Virus record (IMG/VR): IMGVR_UViG_3300033076_001485
Location: 59,470-123,469 of that record
Length of the DNA stretch: 64,000 bases
Origin: a virus
Lineage: Duplodnaviria; Caudoviricetes
Reading direction: 5' to 3' (one strand)
Shown: piece by piece, positions 1 through 10,816 of the stretch
How the letters are laid out: each line of letters begins with the position of its first letter
Numbering within the stretch: position 1 is the first letter of the stretch
Position numbers and translations under genes: made by a program
Notes under the pieces: model-generated
The model's input: the letters and a program-made list of their open reading frames with translations, nothing else
Told to the model about the DNA's origin: nothing
Databases searched by the model: none

Positions 1-3000
1 CTGACGTCTTTTTCATTGGTGGAGATATCGTTCACTCGAAAACACAGGGAATTACTCCTGAGTTGATCGATATTTTAACGTGGTGCTTTGAGACCATGTC
101 AGAAATTGCTCCTGTTCATATGATCCTGGGCAATCATGACGGTTTGATGCACAACAAGAGTCGCCAAGACGCTATCTCACCAATCATTAATGCGATCGGT
201 AATGATCGTATTAAGCTCTACAAGAAGTCAGGAGTTTATCCTGTAGGCATTCCAGGAATTAACTGGTGTGTCTTTTCGTGCTTTGATGAAGATGGCTGGG
301 ATGAAGTCAAGCCTGTTCCTGGTGACATTAATATTGCTTGCTTTCACGGATCAGTTCGTGGTTCATCAACTGATTCAGACTGGAAAGTTGACGGAGAAGT
401 AACAGCAGATTTCTTCGATGGATTTGACTACGTCTTCTTGGGTGATATTCACAAGCGTCAAAATGTAACAGGTGATGGCGTCATTGCGTATCCTGGATCA
501 TTTATCCAGCAGGATTACGGTGAAGATGTCATCAAGGGATGTCTTCTTTGGGACATCAAGACCAAAACTTCATATGATAGCAAATTCATTCATATTGTCA
601 ATGATTCACCATTTGTAACAATTGGTTATCGTGGTAATGTTGATGAAACATTTACTATGATTGATGATATGCCGTCTGGTGCACGTGTTAGGATCGCGTC
701 AGATGTACCAGTTCCACCGACTACACTGCATTTGATCGAAACTCGTCTACAAACCACCAAGACGCCGAAAGAAATCGTCTACAAAATCACTGAGTTTAAT
801 GGTGGTAGAAATATTGCAGGAGACAATGCGTCCACAGCAACTGATCTTCGTCAACCAAAAGTTATAAAAGATCTCATTCGTGATTATTACGCAGACGCTG
901 CTCTCCCAGCAGATAAGCTTACACGAATTGATGAAATCGTAGACAGATATATGAAGTCGCTAGATATAAGCAGTGACGAAGATCGAAATTACAATTGGTC
1001 ACTAGACAAGCTGACTTTCAAAAATACATTTGCATTCCGAAATGACAATGTCATCGATTTTTCCAAGTCGTCAGGAATTACAGGTATCTTTGGAAAAAAT
1101 CGAGCAGGCAAGTCATCCATTATTGGCAGCCTTGTTTACTGCTTGTTTAACACATCAGATCGTGGGTCACTCAAGAATCTACACATTATCAATGATAAGG
1201 AGAATTCTTGCGAGGCAGAGGCCGATATTACAGTAAAGGGCGACAAGTATAAGATTACTCGTCGTACCAAGAAGACGTCAAACAAGAAGGGTGACATCAA
1301 TGTCAATACATCACTAAGCATTAGCAAGCTTGACACAGACTTGCAACTCAGTGATGTTTCAGATGAACAGCGACGTGAGACAGAAAAAGTTCTGCGACAG
1401 CTTATCGGCACAGCAGATGATTTTTTCATGACATCTCTTGCTGCACAGGGCAATCTCAATAAGTTTTTTGATGAGAAGTCGACAGCACGTAAGCAGATTA
1501 TTGGAAAGTTTCTTAATCTTGATATTTTTGACGCGCTGTATGAACGATCACGTGAAGATCTTGTTCCGTTACGTTCTTCTTTCAAGGGGCGCAGAGATAA
1601 GCAGCAGATTGATGCCAAGATTGAAGATGCAACCCGTTCGCTTCACGATGAGAAAAAAAGATTTGAAGAGTTGTCTACAGAATATGACAGCCTAACAAAG
1701 AAAATTACGGGTCTACGTGAAATCATTAGCGGAGATGCTTCTGGAGAAGCAGCACTTAAGCTTCGTGATCTCGAAAAAAAGGAAGTCGCAATTGAAAGCA
1801 AGCTAACTGAGGCTAGCACAGCTCATTCTTTGGCATGTGTATCACGTGATAAACACCAGGCCCGTCTTGATAAATTTAAGAAAGTTCGTGATGCATTCTC
1901 TATCGACGAGCTTCGACAGACACTTAATCAACAGCGTGATCTTGAAACTCGACTTGAGTCTGCAAATCGAGAACTCCAACAGCACATCAAAGCATTTTCT
2001 AGACTTAATGAAGATGTAGGTATCCTATCAACTGTTCCTTGCGGAGACGAGTATCCAACTTGCCCATTCATCAAAAAAGCATTTGAAAGCAAGTCAAAAG
2101 TTGCACAGGAAAAAGAAGAAATTGAGCAGCAAAAGTTGCTGATAAGCAATATGCTAGATACACTTGCAAACTATGTTTCTCAAGATGTAGCAGGGAAGAT
2201 CAGCAAATATGAGCAAATGCTCAATGAGGAGCGCAGCCTCCAGATCGAAGTTAGTAAGCTTGATTTGAAGATTGAGCACAACGAGAAAATAATCACAGAA
2301 CAAAGTCATAATAAACAAGAAGTTGGAAGAGAAATTGATAGACTTCGTGCCGTTGTCAGTGATTCAACAGCACTTTGTGGTGTCTATGACACAATCAAAG
2401 AAGTCGAGGCTAAGATCGAGAAAGTTCGCAAAGATCAGCTCACAAATGCTAAGAATATTGGCTCATTTGAGTCGTCTATCGAATCTCTTGCAGCAGAAAA
2501 AGAGACACTTGAAAAAGATCTTGTTGATCTTGAGATTTATGAGCTTTTCAATGTTTCCATGTCAAAGAAGGGTCTACCATCTCGTCTAATTTCTAAACTT
2601 CTTCCACTTGTTAACGCAGAAATCCAGAATATTCTTCTAGGCGTTTGTAATTTCACAGTTGAGCTGGAAGTTGATGATGAGTCTAATTCACTTGAAGTTT
2701 ACATTAACTACGGTGATAAACGACGGATAATTGAGCTAGGATCTGGCATGGAGAAGATGATCTCAGCAATTGCAACTCGCGTCGCGCTCATCAACATGTC
2801 TTCACTTCCAAAGTCAAATGTGCTTATTATTGATGAAGGCTTTGGCGCGCTTGATGACGCAAATCTTGAAGCATGCACTAGACTCTTGAAGTCTCTGAAG
2901 AAATACTTTGGTCAGATCATGATTATCTCACATGTTGATGCAATCAAAGATGCCGTTGACAATTTTGTTGAGATTAATTGGATCGATGGCGGTGCAAATG

Positions 3001-3014
3001 TTAGATACGAATAA
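1..3014 (+). CDS. SbcD/Mre11 metallophosphoesterase fused to SbcC/Rad50 ABC ATPase (gp47-gp46-like); 5' end lies outside the window
   Basis: The frame is open from position 3 (DVFFIGGDIVH...). Phosphoesterase motifs GDIVH, GNHD, FHG, LGDIH, YPGS. Walker A GKNRAGKSS, long coiled coil, signature-like GSGME, Walker B/D-loop LIIDEGFGALD, H-loop ISH. Confidence 0.92.
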   Translation, partial: DVFFIGGDIVHSKTQGITPELIDILTWCFETMSEIAPVHMILGNHDGLMHNKSRQDAISPIINAIGNDRIKLYKKSGVYPVGIPGINWCVFSCFDEDGWDEVKPVPGDINIACFHGSVRGSSTDSDWKVDGEVTADFFDGFDYVFLGDIHKRQNVTGDGVIAYPGSFIQQDYGEDVIKGCLLWDIKTKTSYDSKFIHIVNDSPFVTIGYRGNVDETFTMIDDMPSGARVRIASDVPVPPTTLHLIETRLQTTKTPKEIVYKITEFNGGRNIAGDNASTATDLRQPKVIKDLIRDYYADAALPADKLTRIDEIVDRYMKSLDISSDEDRNYNWSLDKLTFKNTFAFRNDNVIDFSKSSGITGIFGKNRAGKSSIIGSLVYCLFNTSDRGSLKNLHIINDKENSCEAEADITVKGDKYKITRRTKKTSNKKGDINVNTSLSISKLDTDLQLSDVSDEQRRETEKVLRQLIGTADDFFMTSLAAQGNLNKFFDEKSTARKQIIGKFLNLDIFDALYERSREDLVPLRSSFKGRRDKQQIDAKIEDATRSLHDEKKRFEELSTEYDSLTKKITGLREIISGDASGEAALKLRDLEKKEVAIESKLTEASTAHSLACVSRDKHQARLDKFKKVRDAFSIDELRQTLNQQRDLETRLESANRELQQHIKAFSRLNEDVGILSTVPCGDEYPTCPFIKKAFESKSKVAQEKEEIEQQKLLISNMLDTLANYVSQDVAGKISKYEQMLNEERSLQIEVSKLDLKIEHNEKIITEQSHNKQEVGREIDRLRAVVSDSTALCGVYDTIKEVEAKIEKVRKDQLTNAKNIGSFESSIESLAAEKETLEKDLVDLEIYELFNVSMSKKGLPSRLISKLLPLVNAEIQNILLGVCNFTVELEVDDESNSLEVYINYGDKRRIIELGSGMEKMISAIATRVALINMSSLPKSNVLIIDEGFGALDDANLEACTRLLKSLKKYFGQIMIISHVDAIKDAVDNFVEINWIDGGANVRYE

Positions 3015-3243
3015 AGGTACACCCTTGTTTTGTCAAATCTGTGAAACAGTTATGACAGGAATACGCGATGCTGAATATCATCGTCTTCACGGCTGTTGTG
3101 AAGAGTGCGGTATTAATTGGGCAGAGCGTAGACGCAAAGAGTGGAGCGCTGGCTGGCGTCCCAGTAGTGAAGAAGTGTCTGATTCTATAAAGGATCGAAG
3201 AAGACGTATATTTATTGAAATAGATAGACTAAGAGGATCATAG
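2998..3243 (+). CDS. Small Cys-rich, putative Zn-binding hypothetical protein
   Basis: CQIC...CCEEC; ATG at 2998 overlaps the end of the SbcCD gene; the stop abuts the next gene. Confidence 0.6.
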   Translation: MLDTNKGTPLFCQICETVMTGIRDAEYHRLHGCCEECGINWAERRRKEWSAGWRPSSEEVSDSIKDRRRRIFIEIDRLRGS

Positions 3244-3244
3244 T

Positions 3245-3628
3245 ATGCTTTCAATGCAACAAATCAATACACTGGGTCAGCTGATTGATACAACTTTTGG
3301 AAAAAGTTCAACTACAGCATCACCAACCATGTCAATCAAGATGTCTTTACAAGGCAATGCATTGATTGTCAAGTACACAACAATCGTTCATTATGCATCA
3401 GAACATTCTATGCGTGAGCAGAGCAAAGAGCATGAACGTGCTGCAAATCAACTAACTAAGAAGTCTGTTGATGAAGTTGAAAAAGAATTCAAGAAAATTG
3501 AAGGCAAAAGCCTAAAGCTTACAAAGAAAGGTTCTGATAGCGGAATTGAGCTAATCAGCATGTCACCTTATAATCCACGTAAAGTTGCTTATTTTAGACT
3601 GAACACAACATTTGAAATCGATGTATGA
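3245..3628 (+). CDS. Hypothetical protein upstream of the terminase
   Basis: 127-aa ORF with SD-like GAGG and an ATGA overlap with the terminase gene. Confidence 0.7.
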   Translation: MLSMQQINTLGQLIDTTFGKSSTTASPTMSIKMSLQGNALIVKYTTIVHYASEHSMREQSKEHERAANQLTKKSVDEVEKEFKKIEGKSLKLTKKGSDSGIELISMSPYNPRKVAYFRLNTTFEIDV

Positions 3629-5220
3629 ACACAAGCAACAAGTCAAGACAAGTATCTGAAATAATACGATGTGGCAAAGATCCCACGTATTTTTTCAACA
3701 ATTATGTTAAGATACAGCATCCTACTAAGGGAACAATTCCATTTAAGACTTTTCCCTTCCAAGATAACTGTGTTCAAGATTTTATCGAAAATCGTTTCAC
3801 AGTTATAGTCAAGAGTCGTCAGCTTGGTTTGTCGACTCTAGTTGCTGCATACTCAGTTTGGCTTGCTCTTTTCCAAAAAGATAAAAATATTCTGATTATT
3901 GCAACAAAATTGGGTGTTGCACAGAACTTTATTAAAAAAGTCAAGACGATGGTGAGTAATCTCCCGTCGTGGATGGTCCTACCACAAATTACTCTAAACA
4001 ATCGTCAAATGATTGAATTTAGTCATGGATCATCTATTAAAGCCGTACCAACATCAGAAGATGCAGGACGTTCTGAATCTCTTTCGTTGCTTATCATCGA
4101 CGAGGCAGCATTCGTTAGAAACTTTGATGAGCTCTGGACAGGTCTTTACCCGACAATTTCAACCGGTGGTCGCGCTATTGTTCTTTCAACGCCTAACGGT
4201 GTTGGTGGTCAATACTATAAGCTCTTCACAGAAGCAGAAGCTGGCTTAAATGAATTCAAGTCAATTCGTTTAAATTGGGATGTCCACCCAGAACGTGATC
4301 AATCGTGGTTTGAAAAAGAAACACGAAATTTGTCTGCTAAAGAAATTGCACAAGAATACTTGTGTGACTTCGCCGCATCAGGTGAGACATTTCTTAATGA
4401 TGATGACATCAAGTGGATCAGTAAGATCATACGCCCACCCGCTGACCGTGGTGGTCCTGATCGCAATGTGTGGATCTGGAAGCAACCGCTAACAGAGCAC
4501 AAGTATATTATTTCAGCAGACGTAGCTCGCGGTGATGGTAAAGATTATTCATCTTTTCACGTAATTGATACATCTGAGGGTGAAGTTGTTGCCGAATATA
4601 AGGGAAAAATTGCACCTGACAAGTTCGGAGAACTACTAAATGAATACGGCTTGCTGTACAACAAAGCACTGATGTGTCCAGAGAATAACTCATTTGGGTT
4701 TGCGACTATTGTCAAGCTTAAAGATTTGGGTTATCCAAAGATGTACTACAACAAAAACAAGTCTGTGTATATCGGTGATTATGTTCCTCCTGCTGAGACA
4801 GAACTTGCGGGTTTTACGACAAGCGGCAAATCACGCAATCAAATTCTTACAAAGCTTGAAGAAGTTATTCGTAATAAACAAATAATGATTTATTCTTCTC
4901 GATTCTACGAAGAGCTTAAGACGTTTGTTTGGAATGAAAATAAAGCACAAGCAATGAAAGGAGAGAATGACGACTTGATCATGTCGCTTGCAATCGGAAC
5001 TTGGCTTTATGACGCGTCAAGCGATTATGGAAAAGATGGTGATAAGCTAAATCAAGCAATGATAGCAGCAATGGGTTTTAAGAATAAACAGTTTAATGGT
5101 GCCTCAAATGATGTAGTATCAAACAAGCACCAGCAAGAAGCAAATCGCGACAGAGTGTTGCGAGGATATTCAAGGCCAATGGGATTGCCACCAGAATTTA
5201 TGTGGCTAATAAAAAATTAG
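3625..5220 (+). CDS. terL: Terminase large subunit (T4 gp17-like)
   Basis: Walker A KSRQLGLST, Walker B IIDEAAF, coupling motif STPNG, nuclease ADVARG...DYS, ENN, NDDLIMS. Confidence 0.95.
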   Translation: MNTSNKSRQVSEIIRCGKDPTYFFNNYVKIQHPTKGTIPFKTFPFQDNCVQDFIENRFTVIVKSRQLGLSTLVAAYSVWLALFQKDKNILIIATKLGVAQNFIKKVKTMVSNLPSWMVLPQITLNNRQMIEFSHGSSIKAVPTSEDAGRSESLSLLIIDEAAFVRNFDELWTGLYPTISTGGRAIVLSTPNGVGGQYYKLFTEAEAGLNEFKSIRLNWDVHPERDQSWFEKETRNLSAKEIAQEYLCDFAASGETFLNDDDIKWISKIIRPPADRGGPDRNVWIWKQPLTEHKYIISADVARGDGKDYSSFHVIDTSEGEVVAEYKGKIAPDKFGELLNEYGLLYNKALMCPENNSFGFATIVKLKDLGYPKMYYNKNKSVYIGDYVPPAETELAGFTTSGKSRNQILTKLEEVIRNKQIMIYSSRFYEELKTFVWNENKAQAMKGENDDLIMSLAIGTWLYDASSDYGKDGDKLNQAMIAAMGFKNKQFNGASNDVVSNKHQQEANRDRVLRGYSRPMGLPPEFMWLIKN

Positions 5221-5228
5221 GAGCTTAG

Positions 5229-7274
5229 ATGGCCAAAAATGAAAATCTCTTCTCACGATTAACCACACTATTTAGAAGTGGTCCAGTCATAAAGAGAAGA
5301 GTCAGAGACTATAAAACATCAGAAAAGACAACCTCGGCTTTTGAGCAATTTAGAAAGGCACAGAGCTATGTGTATAGTTCGGCAATGTCTGCATATGGCT
5401 CTTACGATAGAATGGCACGCTATTCAGACTTTCAAGAGATGGAATACACTCCTGAAATTGCATCAGCACTTGACATTTACTCTGAAGAGACAATTTCTCC
5501 AGATGAGAAGGGAAATGTACTTCACATCTATTCTGAAAATCCTACAATTCACAAGCTTTTGAATGAGTTGTTTTATGACACCTTGAACGTCAATTTTAAT
5601 TTGACTTCTTGGTCAAGGAACATGTGCAAATACGGTGACTTCTTCCTGTTCAACGATGTGTCACCCGATCTGGGTGTTGTCAACGTGTACCCCATTCCTG
5701 TTAATGAAATTGAACGTGAAGAGGGATACGACAAAGATGATCCCATGGCAGTTCGATTTCGCTGGGTAACACAGGGCAATCAAGTTTTAGAGAACTGGCA
5801 AGTTTCACATTTTAGAATTCTCGGCAACGATGCATTTCTTCCATACGGATCATCTGTGTTAGAAGCTGCTCGTCGTATTTGGCGCCAACTAATTCTTGTA
5901 GAAGATGCAATGTTGGTTTATCGTGTTGTTCGTGCACCAGATCGTCGTGTTTTTTACATCGATGTTGGAAACGTTCCGCCTGAAGATATTGCCAACTACA
6001 TGGAACAGGCACAAGCGCAACTTAAAAAGAGTCAAGTCGTCGATAAGCAGACAGGACGCGTCGACTTAAGATACAATCCGCTCTCGGTCGATGAAGACTA
6101 TTTCATTCCTGTTAGAGGCGGTCAATCAGGGACAAAAATTGATCCTCTTGCAGGCGGTGCAAATGCCGCTGCAATCGAGGACGTCCAGTACATCCAGAAG
6201 AAATTATTTGCTGCTTTAAAGATCCCTAAAGCCTATCTTGGCTACGACGAAGGACTCGGAGCCAAAGCAACTCTTTCTCAAGAAGACATTCGTTTTTCAA
6301 GAACAATTGCAAGAATTCAGAGAACAATCGTTTCTGAGTTGAACAAGATTGCAATCATTCATCTTCATTCTAACGGTTTTGACGGACCAGATCTTCTTGA
6401 CTTTGATCTAAAGCTTACAAATCCTTCAACTATTGCAATGCAGCAAAAGCTTGAACTCTATAATACGAAGTTCCAGATTGCAGCATCTGCAGTTGGTGTT
6501 GCAGGATTGGTAGACAAGCGATGGATTAGAAAGAAAGTGTTCCAGATGGCTGACGAAGAGATTGATTCAATTGAGAAAGGCCTTATCAAAGACAAAGAAA
6601 TGGAACTCCAGGTTGAGGCAGTCAAACTTCCCGAAGACAAATCAACAATGCCCGATATGTCTGTTGCCGGTGCATCAATTCCAACAAGCCCATTCGCATC
6701 GCCGCCGTCGTTGGGTGGTGAATCACCCACGCCTGAAGCACCAGCGCCAGGAGCAGCAGGCGGAGAAACATCACCTGGTCCAGAGACGGCATCAGATAAT
6801 CGAAATAAAATGAGGCTAGATCTTTTGGGAGAACCTGATTTTGATTTCTCGCGCCTGTCTATCAATGATGAGAATGCACCAATCAAAGCACAAAGCACAG
6901 TTGATGCTATTGGACGTAAGCTTCTAGGCGAGCGTCTTGAAGGAAAAACAAAAGCAGATCGTGACAGATACAATGCAAAGCGTAGAAGGCGCGGTCACCT
7001 ACATGGAATGTCTGATCATTCTTCTATGGTGACACATGATAAAAAGGATCCCACAGATTCAGTAATGAATCCATTCGGTGCAAAAAAAGATCTCATCAAT
7101 CCATTTAAAGATGTGCTTAAAGAAATTGAAGATGATGATGATTTCAGCGAAGACGGCGATTACATATTCACAGACACAAGAATGTCTGAAGTTAACAGCG
7201 TCATAGGTGCTTTGCGTCGTAGAAAGATAGTTAACAATCAGATCTCTGCGTCAAATACGACAGAGGAGGACTAA
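5229..7274 (+). CDS. Portal protein (T4 gp20-like) with Pro-rich and acidic C-terminal extension
   Basis: EDAMLVYRVVRAPDRRVFYIDVGNVPP, EDYFIPVRGG and ALKIPKAYL are typical of gp20-family portals; follows the terminase. Confidence 0.95.
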   Translation: MAKNENLFSRLTTLFRSGPVIKRRVRDYKTSEKTTSAFEQFRKAQSYVYSSAMSAYGSYDRMARYSDFQEMEYTPEIASALDIYSEETISPDEKGNVLHIYSENPTIHKLLNELFYDTLNVNFNLTSWSRNMCKYGDFFLFNDVSPDLGVVNVYPIPVNEIEREEGYDKDDPMAVRFRWVTQGNQVLENWQVSHFRILGNDAFLPYGSSVLEAARRIWRQLILVEDAMLVYRVVRAPDRRVFYIDVGNVPPEDIANYMEQAQAQLKKSQVVDKQTGRVDLRYNPLSVDEDYFIPVRGGQSGTKIDPLAGGANAAAIEDVQYIQKKLFAALKIPKAYLGYDEGLGAKATLSQEDIRFSRTIARIQRTIVSELNKIAIIHLHSNGFDGPDLLDFDLKLTNPSTIAMQQKLELYNTKFQIAASAVGVAGLVDKRWIRKKVFQMADEEIDSIEKGLIKDKEMELQVEAVKLPEDKSTMPDMSVAGASIPTSPFASPPSLGGESPTPEAPAPGAAGGETSPGPETASDNRNKMRLDLLGEPDFDFSRLSINDENAPIKAQSTVDAIGRKLLGERLEGKTKADRDRYNAKRRRRGHLHGMSDHSSMVTHDKKDPTDSVMNPFGAKKDLINPFKDVLKEIEDDDDFSEDGDYIFTDTRMSEVNSVIGALRRRKIVNNQISASNTTEED

Positions 7275-8134
7275 TGAATATCCAGCATAATAAGAAAAGA
7301 AACGTTGGCATTATTTATGAGCTACTGCTACGAGCAGTATCAGCAGCAATTGTTGAGGGCGACAAAGATCGCGCGCAACTTGCGCTGGATATCATAGAGA
7401 AGTACTATGACAAGAAAACAGAACTTTATAAAGAATATCGTCTTTTTAATGCTCTGATCAAGTCAACTGTTAGTGATACGCCTGTTGCTGCTGCTGTTCT
7501 ATCAGAAGCAAAATCAGCAGCTCGCAGATCAGATCACAAAAAACTTGATTATGAAAAATCAATGCTAATCAGAGCAATTAATCATAATCTTCAAGACACA
7601 GATTTCTATCAAAGAAGAGTACCTGATTATCGTCTTTATGCAACAGTTCAAAATTTAATAAATGAATGGGCTGCAGGTGACACGTCAGATTTGACAAAGA
7701 TGGTAATGCTTGAGGGACAAGTTGTCCAATGGCTGCTCAAAGAAAAAAGTGAAGAGAACACTGATTTAGATACACCCGCACCTGAAGTTGATGGTCTTGT
7801 TGTCAAGATTATGAATGAAAAGTTTAATGAGAAGTATTCAGGTAAACTAAATCATGATCAAACAAAACTTATTCAAGAATACATCTTTAGCATAGAGAGC
7901 GGTGAAGAGAAGAGCTTTGTAAGTCGTCTTAACAGTTTGCGTGAAACTGCACTTAATCAGCTAAATGCACTTAAGAGTACAACAGACAATTCTACGCTCC
8001 AAGATAGAATTCCTAAAGTTGAGAAAGCTCTGCGATCTCTTGTTTTTGAATCGCTAAATGATGAAGTAATTTCTCGATTTATGACAATTTCTCAATTAAT
8101 CACAGAGCTAAGTGAGGAGGATGACAATGTCTAG
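7274..8134 (+). CDS. Hypothetical head-module protein
   Basis: 286-aa ORF, TAATG-coupled to the portal gene, SD GAGGAGG; lies between portal and protease. Confidence 0.75.
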   Translation: MNIQHNKKRNVGIIYELLLRAVSAAIVEGDKDRAQLALDIIEKYYDKKTELYKEYRLFNALIKSTVSDTPVAAAVLSEAKSAARRSDHKKLDYEKSMLIRAINHNLQDTDFYQRRVPDYRLYATVQNLINEWAAGDTSDLTKMVMLEGQVVQWLLKEKSEENTDLDTPAPEVDGLVVKIMNEKFNEKYSGKLNHDQTKLIQEYIFSIESGEEKSFVSRLNSLRETALNQLNALKSTTDNSTLQDRIPKVEKALRSLVFESLNDEVISRFMTISQLITELSEEDDNV

Positions 8135-8738
8135 CGATAATATGGTTCTTTTAAAAGAGTGGTTGCCTCTCCGCTACTCACCTGATATTGTTCGTGAGTC
8201 AAAGCTTACCAATGGTGGCAGAGTTATGCTTCGAGGTGTGATCCAAAGAGCAGACACACTTAACCAGAATGGTAGAATTTATCCACGCGCAATCCTTGAA
8301 AGAGAGATTGATAATTACCAGAAGTTTATTCGTGAAAATAGAGCGCTAGGCGAATGTGATCACCCAGACACATCAGTCGTTGAATTAAAGAATGTCTCGC
8401 ACATTGTTAGAGAAGCAAAGATGGATGGCGACACAGTGACGGGTGTTGTCGAGCTTTTAGATACACCTAGCGGTAAAATCCTACAAAGTCTAGTTGAGGC
8501 AGGAATTACGCTCGGTATATCATCACGAGGCGTAGGTTCGACAAGAAAGCAAGGTGATGCTGTCATTGTGCAAGATGACTTCCAGCTAATCTGTTTTGAT
8601 ATTGTATCAGAGCCAAGTACACCTGGTGCTTTCATGATGAATGAGAGTCGTGTAATTTCTGGCAGAGAACTCAAGAAGACATTTACAAAGTCTGATCGTG
8701 TTAATAGGATCTTTACAGACATACTAGCATGGAAGTGA
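8127..8738 (+). CDS. Prohead protease (T4 gp21-like)
   Basis: NQNGRIYP, ALGECDHP, VSH, LDTPSG, GISSRGVGS, FDIVSEPS; SD GAGGAGG at 8114-8120 before ATG 8127. Confidence 0.93.
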   Translation: MSSDNMVLLKEWLPLRYSPDIVRESKLTNGGRVMLRGVIQRADTLNQNGRIYPRAILEREIDNYQKFIRENRALGECDHPDTSVVELKNVSHIVREAKMDGDTVTGVVELLDTPSGKILQSLVEAGITLGISSRGVGSTRKQGDAVIVQDDFQLICFDIVSEPSTPGAFMMNESRVISGRELKKTFTKSDRVNRIFTDILAWK

Positions 8739-8739
8739 T

Positions 8740-9252
8740 ATGAAGTTATCAAAAGATGATCTAAAAGAAATTGTTAAAGAATGTCTTGTAGAGCTCCTAA
8801 GTGAGGGTCTAGCAGGTAATAAAAGTTTATCTGAGTCTAGAGCTACAAGAAATCTTCCCGCACAGCAGACGCGTCAAGTAATGTCACCGCTATCGGGTAG
8901 ATCGACATCTGCTGGTGCACAACAACAAAGAACGTCAATGTATGATAAAATGTCTTTCATGCCCCAGAAAGAGCAAGTTCAAAAAGTTGCGTCACAGAAA
9001 AAGATTAACCCATTAAGCATGGTTAAGGATCTGACATCAGATCCTATATTGGCAGGAGTTCTTGCAGAAACAGCATCATCTGGCCAGTACCTTAACATGG
9101 GTGAGAGAGAAAGGCCCACACATGATGATCAAGTTATGTCAGGAGGAGATGCAGCAGCACGTATGATGCTTCAAGCAGATCCTACTGATATGTTTGGCGA
9201 AAGTGCAAACAAGTGGTCAACACTAGCTTTTGCCGACCCCATCAGAAAATAG
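8740..9252 (+). CDS. Hypothetical head-module protein
   Basis: 170-aa ORF abutting the protease gene; N-terminus MKLSKDDLKEIVKE. Confidence 0.7.
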   Translation: MKLSKDDLKEIVKECLVELLSEGLAGNKSLSESRATRNLPAQQTRQVMSPLSGRSTSAGAQQQRTSMYDKMSFMPQKEQVQKVASQKKINPLSMVKDLTSDPILAGVLAETASSGQYLNMGERERPTHDDQVMSGGDAAARMMLQADPTDMFGESANKWSTLAFADPIRK

Positions 9253-9305
9253 CAAAAATGCAAAGTTAGTGATAATTAGCTAATGTTCCCCTATAGGAGT
9301 TTATT

Positions 9306-9602
9306 ATGAAGAAGCTTACACCCGAGTTGCTTAGAAGAATCGTCCTCGAAGAGAAGAAGAAGGTCGAGGCAAAGCACGCAAAAGAGAACGCAAAGGCCAA
9401 GAAAGATCTCCACCTCGAGGAAGAGGGTGATACACAGTGGGCCGACGCAACACCCCCACACGCCACTGAGTACAAGCCCGGTGACAAGGACATGAAAGCT
9501 GCTAAGATGCTCAAAGAGGAGGAGATGCGTCTCCGTCGTCGCCTCCAGGCAGTCATGGAGCGCCGTCTTGCTCTCAAGCGTCGCATCATGGAAAGCCTCT
9601 GA
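9306..9602 (+). CDS. Small charged hypothetical protein (possible prohead core or internal protein)
   Basis: SD AGGAG, GC3-rich codons like the capsid gene, N-terminus MKKLTPELLRRIVLEE. Confidence 0.7.
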   Translation: MKKLTPELLRRIVLEEKKKVEAKHAKENAKAKKDLHLEEEGDTQWADATPPHATEYKPGDKDMKAAKMLKEEEMRLRRRLQAVMERRLALKRRIMESL

Positions 9603-9633
9603 TTTCTTAGATTAGCGAGATTAAGGAGGTAAG

Positions 9634-10215
9634 ATGGCAGTCAATTATACTACAGTTGTATCACCAGACGACGGCGCAAAGACGGGAGGTCTGGGAGATC
9701 GCAATCAAGGAAACTTGAAAGCCATCTTTCCATCTTCACCCGTCTACAAATCTGAATACACGCCAGAAGCAGCTAAGAATGTTGCAATTGCAGCATTGAA
9801 TGGCGGCGGCGGCCCAGGTGATAGTGTTCCCGGCTTAGACATTGTCAACGGCGTCTTAGACGACGGCGGTTATATGTTTAATCAAGTTGATCTAAAATTT
9901 GCCGGACGTCGTTCAGGCGGCGTGGATCCGCTTTATGCATCTCCAAATCTTGACGATGTTGTTACGGGCGGAGAAGGATTGCCATCATCGGCATATACAC
10001 CTAATCCTGCATCACCAGGTGAAGGTAATGGTGTCGATCCTTTTGCTATTCCTGAATATACTGGCGTGTTGCCATACAATGGCGATGCAGGTCAAGCTTC
10101 TGCAACGCAGTTTGGCCGCGGTGAAGGATCATCTGCAAATCCTGCCAATACAGCATCTGAAATTTCACGTGCGACTATTGGCAAATTTATGCTCGGCACA
10201 TCTAAGATAACCTGA
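9634..10215 (+). CDS. Gly/Pro-rich hypothetical protein, probably virion-associated
   Basis: Strong SD AAGGAGGT; located in the head module. Confidence 0.7.
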   Translation: MAVNYTTVVSPDDGAKTGGLGDRNQGNLKAIFPSSPVYKSEYTPEAAKNVAIAALNGGGGPGDSVPGLDIVNGVLDDGGYMFNQVDLKFAGRRSGGVDPLYASPNLDDVVTGGEGLPSSAYTPNPASPGEGNGVDPFAIPEYTGVLPYNGDAGQASATQFGRGEGSSANPANTASEISRATIGKFMLGTSKIT

Positions 10216-10216
10216 C

Positions 10217-10789
10217 ATGCACGACGCTCCACCCACAACACAAAGATTTTGGTTTAAGGGTGATGCAAATGCAGGTGCAGGTTACGGCACATTAAAGAAA
10301 AAGTTCTCAGGTGGTGAATATACCACTGTGGGAACTTTTCCTTATATAGACGACGATCAGTCTCTTGAAGATCCAGAGATTGAAGATCTGATGCACACAC
10401 AAGATTTTATAAATAAAACGGGATACACATCAGTCGCTAAACCCAGATCTCATGTAAGAAAAGATAATGCATCTTTTACAAAAATGAGATGGAGCACACC
10501 GCTAGAAGAATCTTCTGTTATGAAAGGAATAACACCCTTTCCTGCTTCAATGCTATATGGAAAGTTTGATGGTCCTCCTGTGGGCGGTGCTAGCGTTAAT
10601 CAATCATATACTAATATGCCGGGTCGTCTTGTTGGAAATCAATATGGATCAACACGAGCAAGCAAATTAGATGATGATGATCTGATTACAATTGATCGTT
10701 TGCACGATTTAATGGATCCAGCTACACGCAATCTTGTTAAGCAACGCTTAAAAATAAAGATCGTGCAGGATAGTTCACAAAGTTCATAA
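10217..10789 (+). CDS. Hypothetical protein
   Basis: 190-aa ORF tightly packed between neighbours. Confidence 0.65.
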   Translation: MHDAPPTTQRFWFKGDANAGAGYGTLKKKFSGGEYTTVGTFPYIDDDQSLEDPEIEDLMHTQDFINKTGYTSVAKPRSHVRKDNASFTKMRWSTPLEESSVMKGITPFPASMLYGKFDGPPVGGASVNQSYTNMPGRLVGNQYGSTRASKLDDDDLITIDRLHDLMDPATRNLVKQRLKIKIVQDSSQSS

Positions 10790-10816
10790 TATGTATTGAA
10801 AGCAGGGTACCAGTTA

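Noticed and set aside
3245-3628. Terminase small subunit call
   Set aside because: The position fits, but no recognisable small-terminase features are present.
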